From positions 120,530,001 through 120,594,000 of the forward strand of contig CM059431.1 in NCBI GenBank assembly GCA_030390025.1: a DNA stretch of 64,000 nt. The letters run 5' to 3'. Position 1 is the first letter of the stretch. Every line of letters starts with the position of its first letter. This document shows positions 13,333 to 24,902 of the stretch, piece after piece. The DNA is from Squalus acanthias (lineage: Eukaryota). Position numbers and translations under genes: made by a program. The notes under the pieces are model-generated. The model saw only the letters and a list, made by a program, of their open reading frames with translations. It was not told where the DNA came from and did no database searches.

Positions 13333-13538
13333 TTTTAAATAAATCTGTTGCACTATAACCTGGTGTTGTGCGACTTCTCATTTTTGACTTTTTCAAGGGC
13401 ACTGATGTAGCTGCAATAGATGTCAGCTGCAGTTGAGATGACAGAAGCGATCTGTCAATGGTGAGAGAGGTTATTCCAATGTGATGGCAATGGACATACA
13501 GTTGGCTCTAAACCCTTGCAAGCTAAAGAAATCTCTAT

Positions 13539-14233
13539 GGGGTAAAAACCGGGTAGTGCCCCGAAAAGGTTAGCACCCCAGTGGCCGATTTTCCCAGGTA
13601 GCGCCCCAAGAGGGAGGAGGGGTGCCACTGGAAGTACCCCGTGGCCCCCTTGGGGCGCTGCGAGGCAATATCATGGCGCTATGTGCCGCGGTACTGCAGG
13701 CCTTCCTCCCCTTATTAAAGGGGAGGGCCCTGGCGCAGCGCGTCCCGGCGCCCAGCTGGGCCACCAAGGATCGGGAGTGCCGGCAAACGAGCCTCGATCC
13801 CCTCATGGAGAGCAGCCGGCACCCCACGGGGGGGGCTTCATGGGGACTGGGGACAGCAACGGGGGGCAGGTGCTGGCAGGCGGTCAGCAACAAAAATGGC
13901 CGCCCGCCACCTCCCCTTTAACTAGCGCCGCCCCGGCCACAGGTAGGCCCCCCTGACCCCCTCGGACATAGCGTCCGGTGGTAAGTCGGGGGCCCCACCC
14001 AATATTACAGCCGGGACGCGAGCGGGGCGTGAGCGGGGCACTGCGCACGGTGATGATGTCATCGCCGGCAGCGCAGCACCGCGTGGCGCTAACCGTTAGC
14101 GCTGCCGCTAACCTCCCGCTGAATTTCGCGGGAGGCGTTAGCGGCGCCGCGCCCAGTCGCTAGTTGATTTGCGCCCCCTTAGCGCCCTCTTATGTCGCTA
14201 ACGGGAGGCACAAATCAACCGAATTTAGCCCCC
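13539..14233. mobile_element. GC/CpG-rich Harbinger-type MITE
   Basis: TIRs GGGGTAAAAACCGG / CCGAATTTAGCCCCC; TSD TAT (13536-13538, 14234-14236); the empty site is visible in Harbinger copy 1 at about 4756-4770. Confidence 0.88.
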
Positions 14234-15153
14234 TATATGTATTACAAATACAGTAACCAACAGCTTCTGCGCTCTGAAACTGACCATCTGCAGCATGGCA
14301 TCCTTTACACCACTTCTGCTGCTGACAGCTTATCAGAAACATCAGAACAGACTCAAGTCACGCCAGGTTGAGCTGGCGTGTTCCCTGAGCAGCGGGTAAC
14401 CCATGGGGGAGAACATAAAATTGGAAGGAAGTCTCAAAATAGTTTTAAATTGGCTTTTAACAAGCCATTTAATTAGCTTAATTGTATCCCCCGCCGCTTG
14501 GTGTCAGGTCAGTTCTCCGCTGACAGACCCGACACCTGGAAGACTCACGTGGAGGCGGGTTGACAGTGGGTTTCCTACTCGCTGTCAATCTTTGCTACTT
14601 TGACAGCAGACCCGCCTCCAAACCCGACCTCTGAGCGCTGGCAAAACTCCGGCCTAGGTGTCTCCATCCTGCCCACCAATGCCAGGTCACAGTTGAATCT
14701 GATAATACCCTGTTCAAAGATTAAGCCCACCATTTCCTTTGTAGATGGTGTCTCCCATTCATAACATATTCACTTGCTTCTCTTTTACCCAACAGCTGCT
14801 CTATTTCTGTCTCAAAATAAAACCAGAACCTCAGCACTGTGTCTGAGAACTGGTTCAATGTTATTGATGCCCAAATTTGGGCACGCATAACTCTAAATCT
14901 GAAAAACTTTATCCTTTCAAAATTGCCAGTGCATGAGTCTGTCTGGAAAGCTGAGGGATCCAGATACATATATTTAAGGAGGGAAAGAACTGAACCATAC
15001 TCACCTCAAGACATTAGGTGCACATGCAGTCACCTCTGTATAACCAAGTCATCAAGCAAAAATAAGATACCCCTATACTGAACGGTTTGTGTGTGCCTTA
15101 TCTCACATTTGACCAGCTGACAGTACATTGTGTATGTTACTGGCTGGAGCTTT

Positions 15154-15631
15154 GGCCCCAATATTAACGGTGAGCTGGGGAGAGTGCGGGGGAGCACGTA
15201 ATCAGCCGAGGAACCCGGCAAGACCGGGGATGTGGAGGCCCTGCCAATCTTAACGGCGTGGCCTCATTAGAATATTGTTGAGAGGCCTCCCAACCGGCAA
15301 CTAGACAAAGGGACATCCTGGCCGCCGGGTAAGAGGGTGGGCCGTGATTGGGGGAAGGGAGGTCTTGCTGCGAAGGGGGTGGGGCCAGGCCACTGGTTGA
15401 AATTGCAGATCGGGTTCTGATGACATCAACGGACCCAATCTGCATATTTCAAACAGGACCCTGCTTCCTTCCTGTGGGTGTCCTGCCCGCCTGCTCAAAA
15501 AGAGGAGGTTAATATAGGGGCATGCTGGGAAGGAAGCGGGTGCCATGGGGGTAACTGACACCTGTTATTTTAACTGCAGCACCCCCCCCCTGCCCGTTTT
15601 CCGCCAAGTGGGGGAAGTTAAAATAGGGGCC
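15154..15631. mobile_element. Harbinger-type MITE
   Basis: TIRs GGCCCCAATATTAAC / GTTAAAATAGGGGCC; flanks TTT / ATT. Confidence 0.75.
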
Positions 15632-18420
15632 ATTAATTCTTCTGGCCAGGTGAGCATTTTTCAAAACACAGCCTGATACTGCATGGGGTTTACACTGAAT
15701 GTAGTGTTAACTTAAAGGTCTCATACCGCTTCCTTCACAGTCAGGTTAGGCCCAGCCTCCAGATTTACACCATAACTTTACCATCCGTCTGAAGCTTAAG
15801 CCACTTCACAGTGATGCTGAAGTTGTAGTTGAACTGGACCCTAACGTGGACAGGCCGAGCTGAACCCCAAGTAATCCAAATCAGATCAAATTCACAACTT
15901 AACTTGAAATGACACAATTTTGGCATGTTGCAGCACCACAACAGAGGGCAATATCGGCCTAGTTCCACAAACTACTGAGTTGTCAGTCTTAGTTACGATA
16001 AACTGGCACATGGGAGCTATGCAACCATGGGTGGCGGAGCGTATAACAGAAAAAGTAGCTGGTTCTAAAATGGAAGTCAGCTGTATCAGAAAGTGGATAG
16101 CTGCAGCAAGACAGCAGGAGTCATTAGCACAATACTAAGAAACTTCCTGCTTTGAGTTTGCAATCACATTTCTTTAAAAGTACCAGCGAGAAAAATAAAA
16201 GAACTTGATCGAAGAGAAGCTGGGGAAAATTAGAGAAGAAATTGTTAAAAGAAAAACACCTCTATTTATATTTAGATTGTATGACTCTAGGGGAGCCAGC
16301 AAAATGTAAAATGAGTATAGTGATCATCCAAAGATGGATCATTTAATGATCCTTTGAATTCCACTGAGTTCACCACACTAACAAACTCCATTTCCTTGAC
16401 ATACCTGGGGAGTTCCTGAGTGGTATAATAAGCAGCTGCATGCAACTCCCTTTCTGTCTTTGCCTTCAGTCCTGTGTAAAAGTAGTGTAGGGCAGGCACT
16501 TGAAAAAAAAATAGTGGGATGCTTAGCCTCAGAAAGAAAATATTTAATAGCAAAAAAAAAAATCGGAGGTGGCAAGGGTGGAAATTTAGACTTCCAGCTT
16601 GGGAATCTGAGTTCAAATTTAGCCTGGTTTGATGAGATGAAGAGCTTGTAATCTGCTGATTGCATGTATCCTACATAAAATTAATTTGAGCAACCTCAAT
16701 TCAGTAAGCAGGGGATCACAACACAATAACTACAGCGGCAAATGAAAGGATATCACATGGCTGCAGTAGGAGGTGCTGGGGTTGAATTACCACAGCACGG
16801 CTTCTCCTGCCTGCCAGAACCTTGGCAGAATAGCGGCAGTACCTTCAGAGAAATGGTACAAATGTGGTTCACTCTGTCTACCTGATGCTTCTGTGGCTCG
16901 TCCCTCCGCCAAAATTGCGGCTTGACTAGCGGGAGAACCCCCAGAGAAAATCTACCCATGAGGCCTTGAGGTTGGTGCTGTAACCCATTAACAGGGTAGA
17001 TTAGAGGGAGCGTTTATTTAACATCTCATGGTGCTATACCTAACCGGGGAATGCTAGATTCTGCTACTGGGTGCACAAAATGGAAAATTCCAATCCCCAG
17101 CACCAACATCCCTAGCTTTGATGAGCACAAAATCTGTAATAGGAAAAGAAAAACAACATTTAAAAAAAAGATGAAAAGCTTATCTGCTTATGGGAAGAGT
17201 ATGTTCTGTAGGAAAGAACCAACTAAACAAAAATGATCTGCAATAATACAAACAGTACAAAAATGACTGACAATTGTTTCTTGAGTTAAGCCATGTGGAT
17301 AATTATAAATGAAGGTATCAGAAAAACCTGTCTTCCATCTGGATTTTGATTAATTAAATTCCTTATGGTTAATGCACTTTATTGTGCTCTGAATAATTAT
17401 TAATATCACATAGCGTTGTTAATCATGATAATAGCAGTGCCAATTATTTTAGCAAAAACATGTTTGTTTTTGTTTAATATCAGGATACCTCCATCTATGA
17501 GATAGAGTAAACCCCAGGGAATTGGAGATGCTGAGTGATGGCTTCAAGGTGCTTTACAGGCAGGTAGGATAGAAGTGGCTACTTCAGCTTTCTACATAGG
17601 AAACAATCCTATCAGAAAGCATGCAGCTCATACCTCTCTCCTTCCGAAATCCCAGCTCTTTCCTGTCCCTGTTGTTTTGTCCTCTTCATCTCCAAGCTCT
17701 GTCCTGGAATTAATGTGCTTTGTTACTACTCATCAACACTAATGCACACATGTTGTTGCCATTACTGTGACAACAAAGTAGCCTAATAATTACTAATTTT
17801 AAAATACAACACTCAACTCTACAACAATCAACAATGGAATCAATCATTTTGTCCAACTCTGGTTTCTTTTATTATTCTTGAAATATTTCAGATTTGCTGC
17901 CCCTTTCTCCAACAGACATTAATGCTGAAGGGGAATTCTTTCTGCACGCTAAGATTGTCCTCAGGGGAGCTATCAGGTGCCTAGGTTAAAAACAGAACAC
18001 AAATCAAAACTGAAAGTTATTACAGATGGAAAAATGTTAACAACCATTAGGAAGGTTTCCTCTGTTATTTGTAGAGATATTGTAAAAGTGACCTTTAGAC
18101 ATGTGTTTGCCATTGTGCTGCAAATAGTGAACAGAGGAAATAATCCTCCATTTTGCATATAAACTCAATGGGTGTAGGGGGAGTGTTCAAGCTGCCAGAT
18201 GTATATAAATGTTAGGTAGCTGCTCAGTATTAATTCCACTCAGTTTACATTGAACAAGTTAATGCGCCTTTTCAAGGCCTCTGCTTTTATACTTAGGAAA
18301 ATTCATGCAATCCAATCAGATATTTGTTAATGCTGTACAAATTTAATGTGTGCACACACGCAAGTGAGCTCCTTGATTGAAGCAATTGAAGTAATGCAGT
18401 GCACCGGCAATGATAAACAC

Positions 18421-18960
18421 TTCTGGTCTCCTTACCTAAGGAAGGATATACTTGCCTTAGAGGTAGTGCAAAGAAGGTTCTCTGGACTGATTTCTGGGAT
18501 GGGGGATTGTCCTATGAAGAGATTGAGTAGACTAGGCCTATATTCCCTTGAGTTTAGAAGAATGAGAGGTGATCTCATTGAAACGTATAAAATTCTTACA
18601 GGGCTTGACAAGGTAGATGGTGGGAGGCTGTTTCCCCGGGCTGGGAAGTCTAGAACCAGGGGTCATAGTCTCAGAATAAGGGGTCGGCCATTTAGGACTG
18701 AGATGAGGAGAAATTTCTTCACTCAAAGGGTTGTGAATCTTTGGAATTCTCTACCCCAGAGGGCTGTGAATGCTCAGTTGTTGAGTATATTCTAGACAGG
18801 GATCGATAGATTTTTGGTTATTCAGCGAACCAAGGAATATGGGGATAGTGCGGGAAAGTGGAGTTGAGTTAGAAGATCGGCCATGAACTTATTGAATGAC
18901 AGAGCAGGCTCGAAGGGACAAATGGCCTACTCCTGCTCCTATTTCTTATGTTCTTATGTT
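18421..18960 (+). mobile_element. CR1 LINE 3' fragment
   Basis: [36 protein letters not shown]; tail CTTATGTTCTTATGTT. Confidence 0.92.
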
Positions 18961-20899
18961 GTAATAGGTTATTGAAATTTTTTTTGAGCCAATCCAAGTC
19001 AAAGTTGCTCTCCCTTCCAAAATGAACTATGGGATTGGGGTGCAGAAGGAAATCAGTCGGTACTATGTTTTATACACTGAAAAGAAAGGTAGAATCGAAA
19101 GAATTCATTATGGGATGATTTTGCGAGCTGGTTCTGCCATCTGAAAGAAATGCTTGCAATGGAATGCCTGTCTGGAAATCGTTGAAACATAGTCCATAAT
19201 TTTGTCCAATCATTTTAAAAATCTAAAATGAAACTTAACACAATAAAATGGGAAATGCAACAATCCTGCACTCCCAGTGAGGAGTCACGTTCATAGGGTG
19301 TGCAGATCTTAAATAGAACAACAACATAATAGTCACAATTCCCCAACCCATTCACTCTTTTAGTGCAACTCCCTGCTGGGAATTTAATGTAATAAAAATG
19401 GAAGAGAAAATGGGGAAAAAAGAGAATAAGAATGATGGGCCGATAACTATACGCCAAACAAGTGCCTTCTATGGTTTATCTTTAGATTGTTTTTGTATTG
19501 TTCACATGTTATATACATGTATAGATTTGACACAACCTCAGAATATACTCAAACGGCATTTCTGGTTAAGCTTTCTATCGCAAAACAACTGCTTAGCTTT
19601 AGAAGAGCTAGAGAGCTGATTTTCTCATCAGCTTTTTTGTCTGCTAGGTGGCAATTCTAGGCATGCTTAAAATAAACATTTCATATGTAAAACACAGCAT
19701 TATTTTACTTTTTCTGCTACCTTCTTCATTGTGTCTGCCTTTTCTAGACTACATTTTCTAATCCCTGCTGACAGTGTGATAACTTACCTGCCGCCAGGAC
19801 GTATCAGGTAATTGTGGGTGTACGGAAATGAATGGACACAAAATGTTTTTCTGCTAAGTACTGGCAACAGGTGAAGTACCTTGTCATGGGCGAGAACTCA
19901 GAAAATCTACCGTTCTTTCTCTATTTTTTTTTCTAGTCTCCTTTATTTATTTCCTTTGTCTTTCTCTTTTTTCTCTGTTTCTTTCTTTCCCTTCTTGCCT
20001 CCGTGTTATGTCTCTGCTCTACATTGTGTTTTTTCGCCTTTCCCTTGGTTCTTCTTTAGTGTTCTTTGTTTTATTGTTCTTCCTCTTTATTCACCCTCCT
20101 GACGCATTAGTTTTGTTTTTTCACTGCTGTTGCTTCAATTTTCTTCTCTTCACCATTCAGCCACCTCTTGCCTCCACAGTATTTTTATGATGCAGCAACC
20201 TCAGTAGTTCAGCTCTTTAATCAATATCCTGTTGGAGCTACAACTTCCTGAACAATGGGGTGATAGGGCATAGTTTAGGACCCATGAATCCTCTCACAAT
20301 GGGTTGTCGATCTTAGCTATGTTACTGTGAAAAGTTACTGACTTAAGATTATGCTCTTACCAAGAGGGAAGGAAGGAACTGGAAAGAAAGAGTTGTTCTA
20401 GGTTCTGTTGTACTCTTTCCAGGCACATTGTTACAGCCTGACATTGGCATAGGGCTGGAGAAGGTCAATCAGAATGTGTGGCAAAGTCAAGTGGGGAATA
20501 ATAATAAAATTGAGGGGCTTCATTCAGCCTGGACGGAGCACTGTACAGCTTTAATACAGTCTGGATTCACAGTGTTTAGGGGACATGCCACCAATCTCGC
20601 TGTTATTTTTAAGACTCATGTCATGTGTACTGCTAATTCTTCCCAATAGTGTCTGCTAAATATTGCACAAGTTATCTGAGATATGAAAGGAAGAGAGGAC
20701 TCAAGCTCACAGTGTAGATCTGATCTACAACTATTTCTACGCTCGACTGACATTTGCAATGAACAAGCAGTTCTCCACAACACCCACTCTGAGCTTCTGG
20801 GCTGAACATGCAGCTGAGTCAGGATTGGAAGAATTACCACCCATGAAACTACAAAACAATAAGAGACTGCAAAGGTAAATAATGTTTATGTTTCACTTT

Positions 20900-21445
20900 T
20901 TAAAATTCATTCTTGGGATGTGGGTGTTGCTGGCAAGGCCAGCATTTATTGCCCATCCCTAATAGCCCTTGAGAAGGTGGTGGTGAGCTGCTTTCTTGAA
21001 CCACTGCAGTCCGTGTGGTGAAGGTACTCGCAAAGTGCTGTTAGGGAGAGAGTTCCAGGATTTTGACCCAGCAACGATGAAGGAACGCCAATATAGTTCC
21101 AGTCAGAATGGTGGGTGACTTGGAGGGGAACTTCTGCCCTTGTCCTTCTAGTTGGTAGAGGTTGCGGGTTTGGGAGGTGTTGTCGAAGAATCCTTGGCAA
21201 GTTGCTGCAGTGCATCTTGTAGATGGTACACACTGCAGCCACGGTGCGCTGATGGTGGAGGGAGTGGATGTTTAAGGTGGTGGATGGGGTGCCAATCAAG
21301 CGGGCTGCTTTGTCCTGGATGGTGTTGAGCTTCTTGAGTGTTGTTCGAGCTGCACTCATCCAGGCAAGTGCAGAGTATTCCATCACACTCCTTACTTGTG
21401 CCTTGTAGATGGTGGAAAGGCTTTGGGGAGTCAGGAGGTGAGAGT
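20900..21445 (-). mobile_element. Non-LTR retrotransposon 3' fragment (same family as 52923-56770)
   Basis: YKAQVRSVMEYSALAWMSAA..LNIHSLHHQRTVAAVC; 3' end GCCAGCAACACCCACATCCC. Confidence 0.88.
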
Positions 21446-21599
21446 CCAGGCAAGTGGAGAGTATTCCATTACACTCCTGACTCCTTACTACTTTTGTATA
21501 AAGTAGTAAGTCACCAATATTAAGTTTCTGTGCTGTGGAAGCAAATGAGGCATTTGTATTAAAAATTACACCAATCTGCAGTGTTACATGAATGATACC

Positions 21600-22410
21600 A
21601 TTCATGTCTAAGTTGGTTAAAGCCCCAGTCCAAGATTTGTACACATAATCCGGGCTGACACTTCACTGCAGTACTGAGGGAGTGCTGCATTGTTGGTGAT
21701 GCTGTATTTTGGATGAGACATTAAACTGAGGCCCATTGTGCCTGTTCAGGTGGATGTAAAAGATCCCACAGCACTAATCAAAGAAAAGCAGGAGTGTTGT
21801 CCATGTCCTGGGTGTCAGACTTGGCTCAGTGGTAGCACCCTCACTTCTGAGTCAGAAATTTGAAGGTTCAAGTGCCACTCCAGAGACTTGAGCACAGAAT
21901 CTAGGCCGCCACCTCAGTGCAGTACTGTGGGAGTATTGCATTGTCATAGGTACTGTCTTTTGGATGAGATGTCAAACTGAGTGCCTATCTGCCCTCTAAT
22001 AGATCCCATCGCATTATTCGAAGAAGAGCAGGGGAGTTCTCCCGGTGTCAAAATATATCCCTCAAACAATATAATTCAAAACAGATTATCTGGTCATTAT
22101 CACATTTCTGTTTGTGGGATGTTGCTGTGCACAAATTGGCTGCTGCATTTCCTGCATTACAGCTGTACCTACACTTCAAACATCCTCCACTGGCTGTAAA
22201 GTGCTTTGAGACATCCAGAGATCATGAAAGGCGCTATATAAATGCAAGTTCTTTCTTTCTTTAATACTTATCCCTCAACCAACACCATCAAAGCAAATTA
22301 ACATGTAATTTATTTCACTGCTGTTTGTGGGGCCTTGCAACTTGGCTGCTGTGTTAGCCTACATAACAACAGTGACTGCACTTCAAAAGTAATGCTTTGG
22401 CTCGTAAATG
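21600..22410 (+). mobile_element. Deu-domain SINE (SacSINE1-like) split by a second copy of the same SINE
   Basis: GGCTGACACT..GCAGTACTGAGGGAGTGCTGCA body up to 21811; resumes at about 22263 (AATACTTATCCCTCAACC). Confidence 0.7.
21812..22262 (+). mobile_element. tRNA-derived Deu-domain SINE (SacSINE1-like), full length
   Basis: A box TGGCTCAGTGG, B box GGTTCAAGTGCC, Deu-like body, tail AAAGGCGCTATATAAATGCAAG(TTCT)n. Confidence 0.82.
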
Positions 22411-23095
22411 CTGAAATGTGGCATTACTTAAAATGTTGAGAGCCAAGGGGTGGAAATTCGTTGGCTCCTGGCTTCTGGTACGAAGGCTGCAACATGCAGC
22501 TGATCCGGGAGGTCCGAGACTGGCCTGAAATTGACCCGTGGGCCTCATCTAAATAATCTGGGCGAGGTGCCAGTGTCTGTCGCTCCTCCACACAGACAGT
22601 TTGACTTTTTGCTGGGTCATATTTCGGGCTTGCCGGCAGTGGCCCTGAAGTAAATGCCAGGGAGAGGAAGGAGAATGAGAGGGGTGCAGATCTCGGTCTG
22701 CAGCTGCCCGTGGGAGGGCTGTGGATCTGGGAGGGGCAATCATGCTCCTCCAGGCTCCACCAGAATGTTTTTAAAATTTTAAGCAACACTAACCTTTTGT
22801 TGGTGAATGACTCCTGACTCCTGCCCCACTCATTGCAGACGAATTTTGTTGAGCATACATAACGGACGTAATGCCTGTTTTAGGTGGCTGCCAGGGACAC
22901 CTGAAAAATGGCCCAGCTAAATTTCAGGTTGGATATTTTTCAGGTGTCCTTGGGTCGCAAAATTGGGAATTCTTGCATCCATTTTACACCAGTCCATTTT
23001 CCACTCCAATCAGATTGAACACTGCTTTATTAAGGAGCTACCTGAAGCCTTGCTTCACCATGCACTATACTACTCAGCAAGACCAAAGAACCATT

Positions 23096-23846
23096 GGGCC
23101 AGATCTTGCTGGGCAGGGCATCAGACCGTTAGACATTTTCTGCACCCTTCAGCTCAAAAACTTTTGGGCCGTAACTTGCTGCACCCTTCAGCTCAAAAAC
23201 TTTTGGGCCGTAACTTGCTGGAAGTGTGAGCTGATAATGCCACCGTGAGGGCAACGGGACATCTGGGGCTTTAGTTAACAGCGGGACCAACAATGTATCT
23301 CCTTAACCAATGAGATTTAAGGATTGAGAAAGAAACAAGAGGAACCATGGTGAAGGAGGGTCAATTAGAATCAAATCAGGTACAGAAAGAGAAATAAAGA
23401 GATGGAAAAAAAGATTGGATTAAGAGAGAGAAAAGAGACAGAAAGGAAAAGTAAGAAAAACATTTAAATTTGACATTTTAAAAATCTCCAGCAACAATTG
23501 ACTAATTTCAGGAATGAGATTGAAGTTTAAATTGTTTCCTCTTAGAGTCAGAGAGGTTGATTGGCATTGCATTAACAATTATCACATTGTTAAAAATATA
23601 CTTATGCTCTTAATTACCAGACTTAACTTTCTGCAGCGAGTTTAATGGACAATTATTGTGCAAAGGCAGCAAGTTTTTAAAAATAAGGAGGAAGCTAATG
23701 GCGAGATGCCGTTTGTGCGAAGTAAACAGCGGAGCGATGTAAATTGACCAGCAAGTTCTAGAGATTCGCAACTTACTGGCTGATTTGTACATTAATAATG
23801 GTATGCGTCATTAACATGTAGTTATTTTTCCAGCAAGATACAGCCC
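23096..23846. mobile_element. Harbinger-type MITE
   Basis: TIRs GGGCCAGATCTTGCTGG / CCAGCAAGATACAGCCC; flanks ATT / ATA. Confidence 0.75.
23140..23220. repeat. Perfect 39-bp tandem duplication
   Basis: CTGCACCCTTCAGCTCAAAAACTTTTGGGCCGTAACTTG x2. Confidence 0.95.
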
Positions 23847-24902
23847 ATAATTTTATTTTGGGCATTATTAAAATCACAGACCTGCCATTTATATCCCATT
23901 TTATTTTTTGATGCATACTGCAGGTGTTTTGTTTGTTTTATTGTTGGACAACTGTACTTTATTTTTGACATAATGCAAGAAAGACAGACAGAAAGAAACA
24001 TTAAAAGTGAATTAATGAGTTGTACAGTGCTGGTAGCATTCGTGTTCAATGTGTTTTGGTGCCGCAATTACTCCTTTTGTGTTGTGAACTCCTCTGTGCC
24101 CTACTCCAAATTGCTTATTTAATTGAGGGAGTAGTACTGCTGTATAATTGTATTACCAACTAGCATGCCACAGGGATACAGAATACTTGCTGCCTGTATC
24201 TGCAACTAATCTTTATGGGACTACAAGAGTGCCATGAGTCTCTGTTGCTATAGTCATTGATGGTTCAGTGCTGTTTGAGGTGGCATTCACTATAACTTCT
24301 GAAGGCACAGAACTGGCACTGATGAGAGGCAATCAGGTACCACTAGTGGAGGGCATCTCCTCACAATGCTCACTGATCTCTGTGAGCATAGAATGGTGGG
24401 TATCTATGAGGTTTTGGAATCCCTCTCTCATGATAACCTCAAAACCTCCAAAGGAGCAGCAGTGAAACTGAGGAATGTAGAAGCTTTAGAAAACAGCAAG
24501 AAGGACTGAAGAAGACTTCAGGATGACATAGACAGGTTAGCAGAATGAACAGATAGGTAGAGAATTTGAGAGGGGCAGACAAGACAAAGCTGAAGCCCCA
24601 AAAAAGGTAAGTGCCTTTCCTTTACAGGTAGTGGTCATCATTGTCGGGCCTGGAATCCTACTGACTGCTGCTTTCAGATAGTGGTCAGAAGGTCCCACAG
24701 CCAGCAGCCATTACTGCTGATGTAGGTCTCTCAGGCTTGTAGCAACAGTTAGATTTCTGCTCACGTTTCCAGGCACAAAGCCTTGCTAAGAGGTGGACCT
24801 GCACTGGGAGAGCATCTGTCCTAGGCTAATGACCTGAACATGGAATCTAGGTGGTCATCTCAGCAGAGTGCACTTTGGGGATGTGCCACCTGCCAAAGCA
24901 TG

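Larger units (their letters stand above)
12191..13384. mobile_element. Penelope-like retroelement: 5'-truncated inverted pair encoding a GIY-YIG C-terminus
   Basis: Arms at about 12223-12794 and 12798-13386 are inverted. Both encode MNGHRATIARQD..PVGEHFS..EQKLIAKF..GLNRD. A 32-nt tail is present on one side only. TSD TGACATTTTCAAG / TGACTTTTTCAAG (12178-12190, 13385-13397). Confidence 0.9.
11729..14654 (+). mobile_element. Non-autonomous PIF/Harbinger element (copy 2, same family as 2712-5181), internally deleted, two nested insertions
   Basis: Collinear with copy 1 at both ends; TIRs GGTTGCGGTTTT / AAAACTCCGGCC; flanks TCG / TAG. Confidence 0.85.
10140..20250 (-). pseudogene. Possible decayed multi-exon host gene of unknown identity (exon-like blocks between TE insertions)
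   Basis: Exon-like minus-strand blocks with splice sites: ~20250-19788, 19222-~18200, 17980-, 17703-17634, 16498-16287, 15859-15782, -15005. Charged K/E/R/Q-rich frames carry scattered stops. No protein recognised. Confidence 0.3.

Noticed and set aside
16287..16310. FCWLP as a GPCR TM6 motif
   Set aside because: No flanking hydrophobic helix or other GPCR motifs.
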